Below, in pieces: positions 26,456 to 29,362 of a stretch of 29,362 nucleotides of DNA; the stretch's first letter is position 1; each line of letters begins with the position of its first letter. The position numbers and the translations under genes are program-made. Source of the DNA: an uncultured bacterium (lineage in GTDB: Bacteria > Fidelibacterota > Marinisomatia > Marinisomatales > AB-629-J13); NCBI GenBank assembly GCA_964575125.1, contig CAZNQF010000001.1, forward strand, positions 1 through 29,362. The letters are read 5' to 3'. Below the pieces are notes generated by a model. That model was not told the DNA's origin. It saw only the letters and a program-made list of their open reading frames with translations, and made no database searches.

Positions 26456-26782
26456 ATGGCAAAAGCATATGATTATTTAAAGGGAATCCCAGAGTTGCCG
26501 GATTCCCCTAATGTAAAAAAAAGAAAACCAAAATTAATGGCTGTTGTCGATGAGGATAACTGTACAGGGTGTTCTGCCTGCGTTCCATTTTGTCCTGTCG
26601 ATTGTATTGAGCCAGTTTCTAAAGAAAAATATGATATCCCTATTCCACCTGTACAGGTAAGATTTGATGAATGTATTGGTTGTCAAGTTTGTGCAAGGGT
26701 TTGCACAAAATTAACATGGGATGCTATCAGAATGCTACCTATCGATGTTTTTGAGGAACGATACAAGATGAAAATCTCTTGA
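26456..26782 (+). CDS. 2x[4Fe-4S] dicluster ferredoxin
   Basis: CTGCSACVPFCP and CIGCQVCARVC motifs. GAGG upstream. Confidence 0.92.
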   Translation: MAKAYDYLKGIPELPDSPNVKKRKPKLMAVVDEDNCTGCSACVPFCPVDCIEPVSKEKYDIPIPPVQVRFDECIGCQVCARVCTKLTWDAIRMLPIDVFEERYKMKIS

Positions 26783-26875
26783 ATTTGGATTCAAATATTT
26801 GTTCCATTATTTACGCAGTTTAATTAAGTATCATAGAATAAAAGTATATAGTTTATTTTTTAAATTAAATTTAAG

Positions 26876-27760
26876 ATGAAATTCCTGATTGCTGTAGGAA
26901 GCGAAGATTTTTCTGGACCCACCCTGCGAGTAGGAATGGAAGTTGCCTCTGCATTTAATGCATCTGTTACAGTAGTCAAGGTGGGCCCCAAAATAAGTGA
27001 ATACTCTGCATCCCAGATAAAGCTTACCCAAGAACGATTAGGAGAATGGGATTTTGACAGCCCTGGTGTGGAGGTATTAGAGTGGGCATTTAATTTTCTA
27101 GCTTTGAATCAATATATTTCCCCCTCAATGATCGAGACAGGTTTTCCTAAAACCACCCTTATCGAAAGAGGAAAAAATCGAGCAGAGTTATATTTGCAAG
27201 GAACCACTGGTTCAGATGTTAGCCTTATTTTGAGAAATGGCGATATCATTTCAGAGCTAAGGGATGAAGTCTTAAGAGGTCAGTTTAATGTCACCATAAT
27301 TGGTGGCAGCCAAAAAAGACGAATGGCTCATGATTTAATTCAATATTTGGATAGTTCAATATTTGTTGTAAATCAATATGATCATACCAAACCTTACAAA
27401 TTACTGGTGGCAGTTAATGATTCGCTCAATACTTCCAAAGCGGTAAAATACGGGGTCCGAGTTGCTCAGGCATTTGATGTGAATGTAGATTTGGTCTCAG
27501 TATCAAGCACTGGAACATTCAAAGCAGGGTGTCATCGTGCAGTTAATCAAGCGGAAAGATTGTTAAAGAGGTTGAAAATTTCATATAAAACTCACCTGTT
27601 AAAAGGTGACCCCATTGATATCATAAAAAACACTGCAGGCAACGATCATATCATTGTAATGGGTACTTCAACAAAAAATCCATTGATTAAATATTTCAAA
27701 GGGAGTAAACCTTTGAAAATTATGGAGAACTGTCCCTGTCCTGTTCTCATAGTTAAATAA
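26876..27760 (+). CDS. Tandem universal stress protein
   Basis: Two USP domains (FLIAV...IIGGS...DSSIFVV; LLVAVNDS...KGDP...IVMG...IMENCPCPVLIVK). Confidence 0.88.
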   Translation: MKFLIAVGSEDFSGPTLRVGMEVASAFNASVTVVKVGPKISEYSASQIKLTQERLGEWDFDSPGVEVLEWAFNFLALNQYISPSMIETGFPKTTLIERGKNRAELYLQGTTGSDVSLILRNGDIISELRDEVLRGQFNVTIIGGSQKRRMAHDLIQYLDSSIFVVNQYDHTKPYKLLVAVNDSLNTSKAVKYGVRVAQAFDVNVDLVSVSSTGTFKAGCHRAVNQAERLLKRLKISYKTHLLKGDPIDIIKNTAGNDHIIVMGTSTKNPLIKYFKGSKPLKIMENCPCPVLIVK

Positions 27761-27775
27761 AATCGTAATTCCGGT

Positions 27776-29161
27776 TTGTTAAGAAACATTATTTTTTGGA
27801 TCACTCAGAAGCGGTGGTTTTTAATAGCTGTTTTGACCGGTTCAATTCTTTACATCTTGAAAACTCCAGAAGGGCTTTCTCTGGAAGGATATAGAACTTT
27901 GATCATTGTAATCATGGCAATTATCCTCATCATTTTTGAACCTATACCGCTTCCCGGGGTTGCAATTATGATGCTGTTTTTACAGGTTTTGTTAGGAATA
28001 GATGAACCAAATGATGTAGCAAAGTCTTTTATGAGTGATGCTGTATTTTTTATTATGGGCTCTTTGATGCTGGCAGTTTCTATAGTGAGTCAGGTATTGG
28101 ATTCCCGCCTTGCATTAGGTATCATTAGATTAACGGGGAATAAAACCTGGTGTATTGTGCTTGGATTCGTAAGCATTTCTGCGTTCTTATCATCTTTTGT
28201 GGGGGAACATACTGTTACCGCAATGATGATGCCTGTAGGGTTGACCCTTATTTATAACACAAGTACAGATAGAGCCGTAACAAAAAATCTAGCCCCATTA
28301 ATCTTATTTTCTATCGCCTATGGAAGTGCTATGGGTTCAATCGGTACACCATCAGGCGGTGGACGGAATGTGATTATGATGGAATACTGGCAAGAGTTTG
28401 GTCTAGCGGAAATCACATATCTAGGCTGGATGAAGTATGCTTATCCAATGCTGTTGGTAGAAATTCCCTTGGCAGTGATTATTCTTTGGTTAACATATAA
28501 CCACAAACTAAGTGTTTAGGATTCCGCGGACCGGAAATTGAAAATGCAAGGAGCGAAAAAAGGGGGTATGACTAGTCAAGATTTGATGACAATGATCGTT
28601 TTCTTTCTCGTATTTTTAGGGTGGGTTTTTCTCAGTCACAAAATTGGTCTGGGAATCATTGCTCTTATGGGTGTATTCCTTTATCTGGTTCTTGGATTGA
28701 TACGCTGGTCAGATTTGAACCGAAACACAAACTGGGGAGTTATTCTGCTTTTTGGAGCTGCGGTTTCCATTGGCCTTCAGATGAAAGAAACCGGAGCTGC
28801 GCTGTGGATTGCAAATTCAGTTATGGATGTGTTAAAACTAATAAGTGAAGATATTTCTATGCTACGATGGGTAATAGCTGTACTCTTGACAGGAACGCTG
28901 ACGAACCTTCTCAGTAATTCCGCAACTATTGCAGTTATAGGCCCAATTGTTTTAAATATGGGAGGTGACCCAATGATTATGGGATTTTCCACTGCCATCG
29001 CATCAGCATTCGCATATTTAACCGTTGTTGCATCACCAACCTGCATGATTATCCACAGCAGTGGATTGGTAAAACAATCTGACTATATGAAAGCAGGATG
29101 GAAAATGTTTATCATGTCTATTATTGTTCTTTTCATTATGTCAAAAATATGGGCAATTTAG
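27776..29161 (+). pseudogene. SLC13/DASS-family Na+:dicarboxylate/sulfate symporter interrupted by an in-frame TAG at 28517-28519
   Basis: The two ORFs (27776-28519 and 28538-29161) are in the same frame. Together they give 462 codons with both SNT-like motifs (VGEHTVTA, LSNSATIA), GTPSGGGRN and ASPT. Confidence 0.8.
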
Positions 29162-29253
29162 CAGTTATTATTATTATATTTAATCAAACCACTAAGAGGA
29201 TTCTAAACTTAAAAACTTTTATGTATCTTCAAATTTTATAAAGGAAGAGATTT

Positions 29254-29362
29254 ATGACCAATAAAACATCAAGTATTAATCCAACGGAAATAGCTTACCA
29301 AAGAGCGATTGAACATCTCGGTTTAAAACCGAATATTGCGAATGCGCTGGAAATGTCAGACA
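29254..29362 (+). CDS. 5' fragment of a probable Glu/Leu/Phe/Val dehydrogenase (runs off window)
   Basis: MTNKTSSINPTEIAYQRAIEHLGLKPNIANALEMSD after AAGGAAGA resembles GDH N-termini. Only 36 codons are visible. Confidence 0.5.
   Translation, partial: MTNKTSSINPTEIAYQRAIEHLGLKPNIANALEMSD

Noticed and set aside
21077-28519. Stop-codon reassignment as the cause of the two in-frame stops
   Set aside because: The two stops differ (TAA and TAG), and TAA, TAG and TGA all end well-conserved genes at their expected positions in this window.
384-29046. Short alternative-frame or antisense ORFs in the track (e.g. 384-578, 986-1204, 1669-1935, 4536-4736, 9952-10227, 12272-12460, 16845-17123, 22163-22384, 23804-24118, 24997-25272, 28777-29046)
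   Set aside because: All lie wholly or mostly within confidently identified genes and show no motifs, so they are shadow ORFs.
1-29362. CRISPR arrays, IS elements, prophage, tRNA or rRNA genes
   Set aside because: I saw no spaced direct repeats, transposase/integrase ORFs, terminal inverted repeats or structural RNA signatures, and the intergenic gaps are short.

Overview
AT-rich bacterial chromosomal window with no rRNA, tRNA, CRISPR array or mobile element visible. The gene content suggests a Marinimicrobia/FCB-like diderm, which is an inference only. The left half holds housekeeping and metal/cofactor genes: mltG, pcrA/uvrD, a fur-feoA-feoB operon with a Fur-box-like palindrome on the fur start, a GNAT, a YhaM-like OB-HD protein with altered metal ligands, an unknown outer-membrane barrel, a cobalamin riboswitch controlling a BtuB-like TonB-dependent receptor, a LOG-family protein and rpe-tkt-rpiB. 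The right half (about 16.2-26.8 kb) is an unusual respiratory neighbourhood. It contains a 441-aa protein with three copies of an unrecognised ~50-aa repeat, two single-TM micro-ORFs and a membrane-anchored HEAT protein coupled to a Rieske gene. These are followed by a split b6f-type cytochrome b (heme ci Cys, H-x14-H), a subunit IV with APWY in place of PEWY, and a 1019-aa octaheme cytochrome built as a 3-heme head plus five His/Met class I domains. A CDGSH protein, an amicyanin-type cupredoxin, small membrane proteins and a 2x[4Fe-4S] ferredoxin lie next to it. Subunit IV and a DASS transporter each carry one in-frame stop with the frame intact on both sides, pointing to sequence errors or recent nonsense mutations. 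The window ends in the 5' part of a probable Glu/Leu/Phe/Val dehydrogenase.
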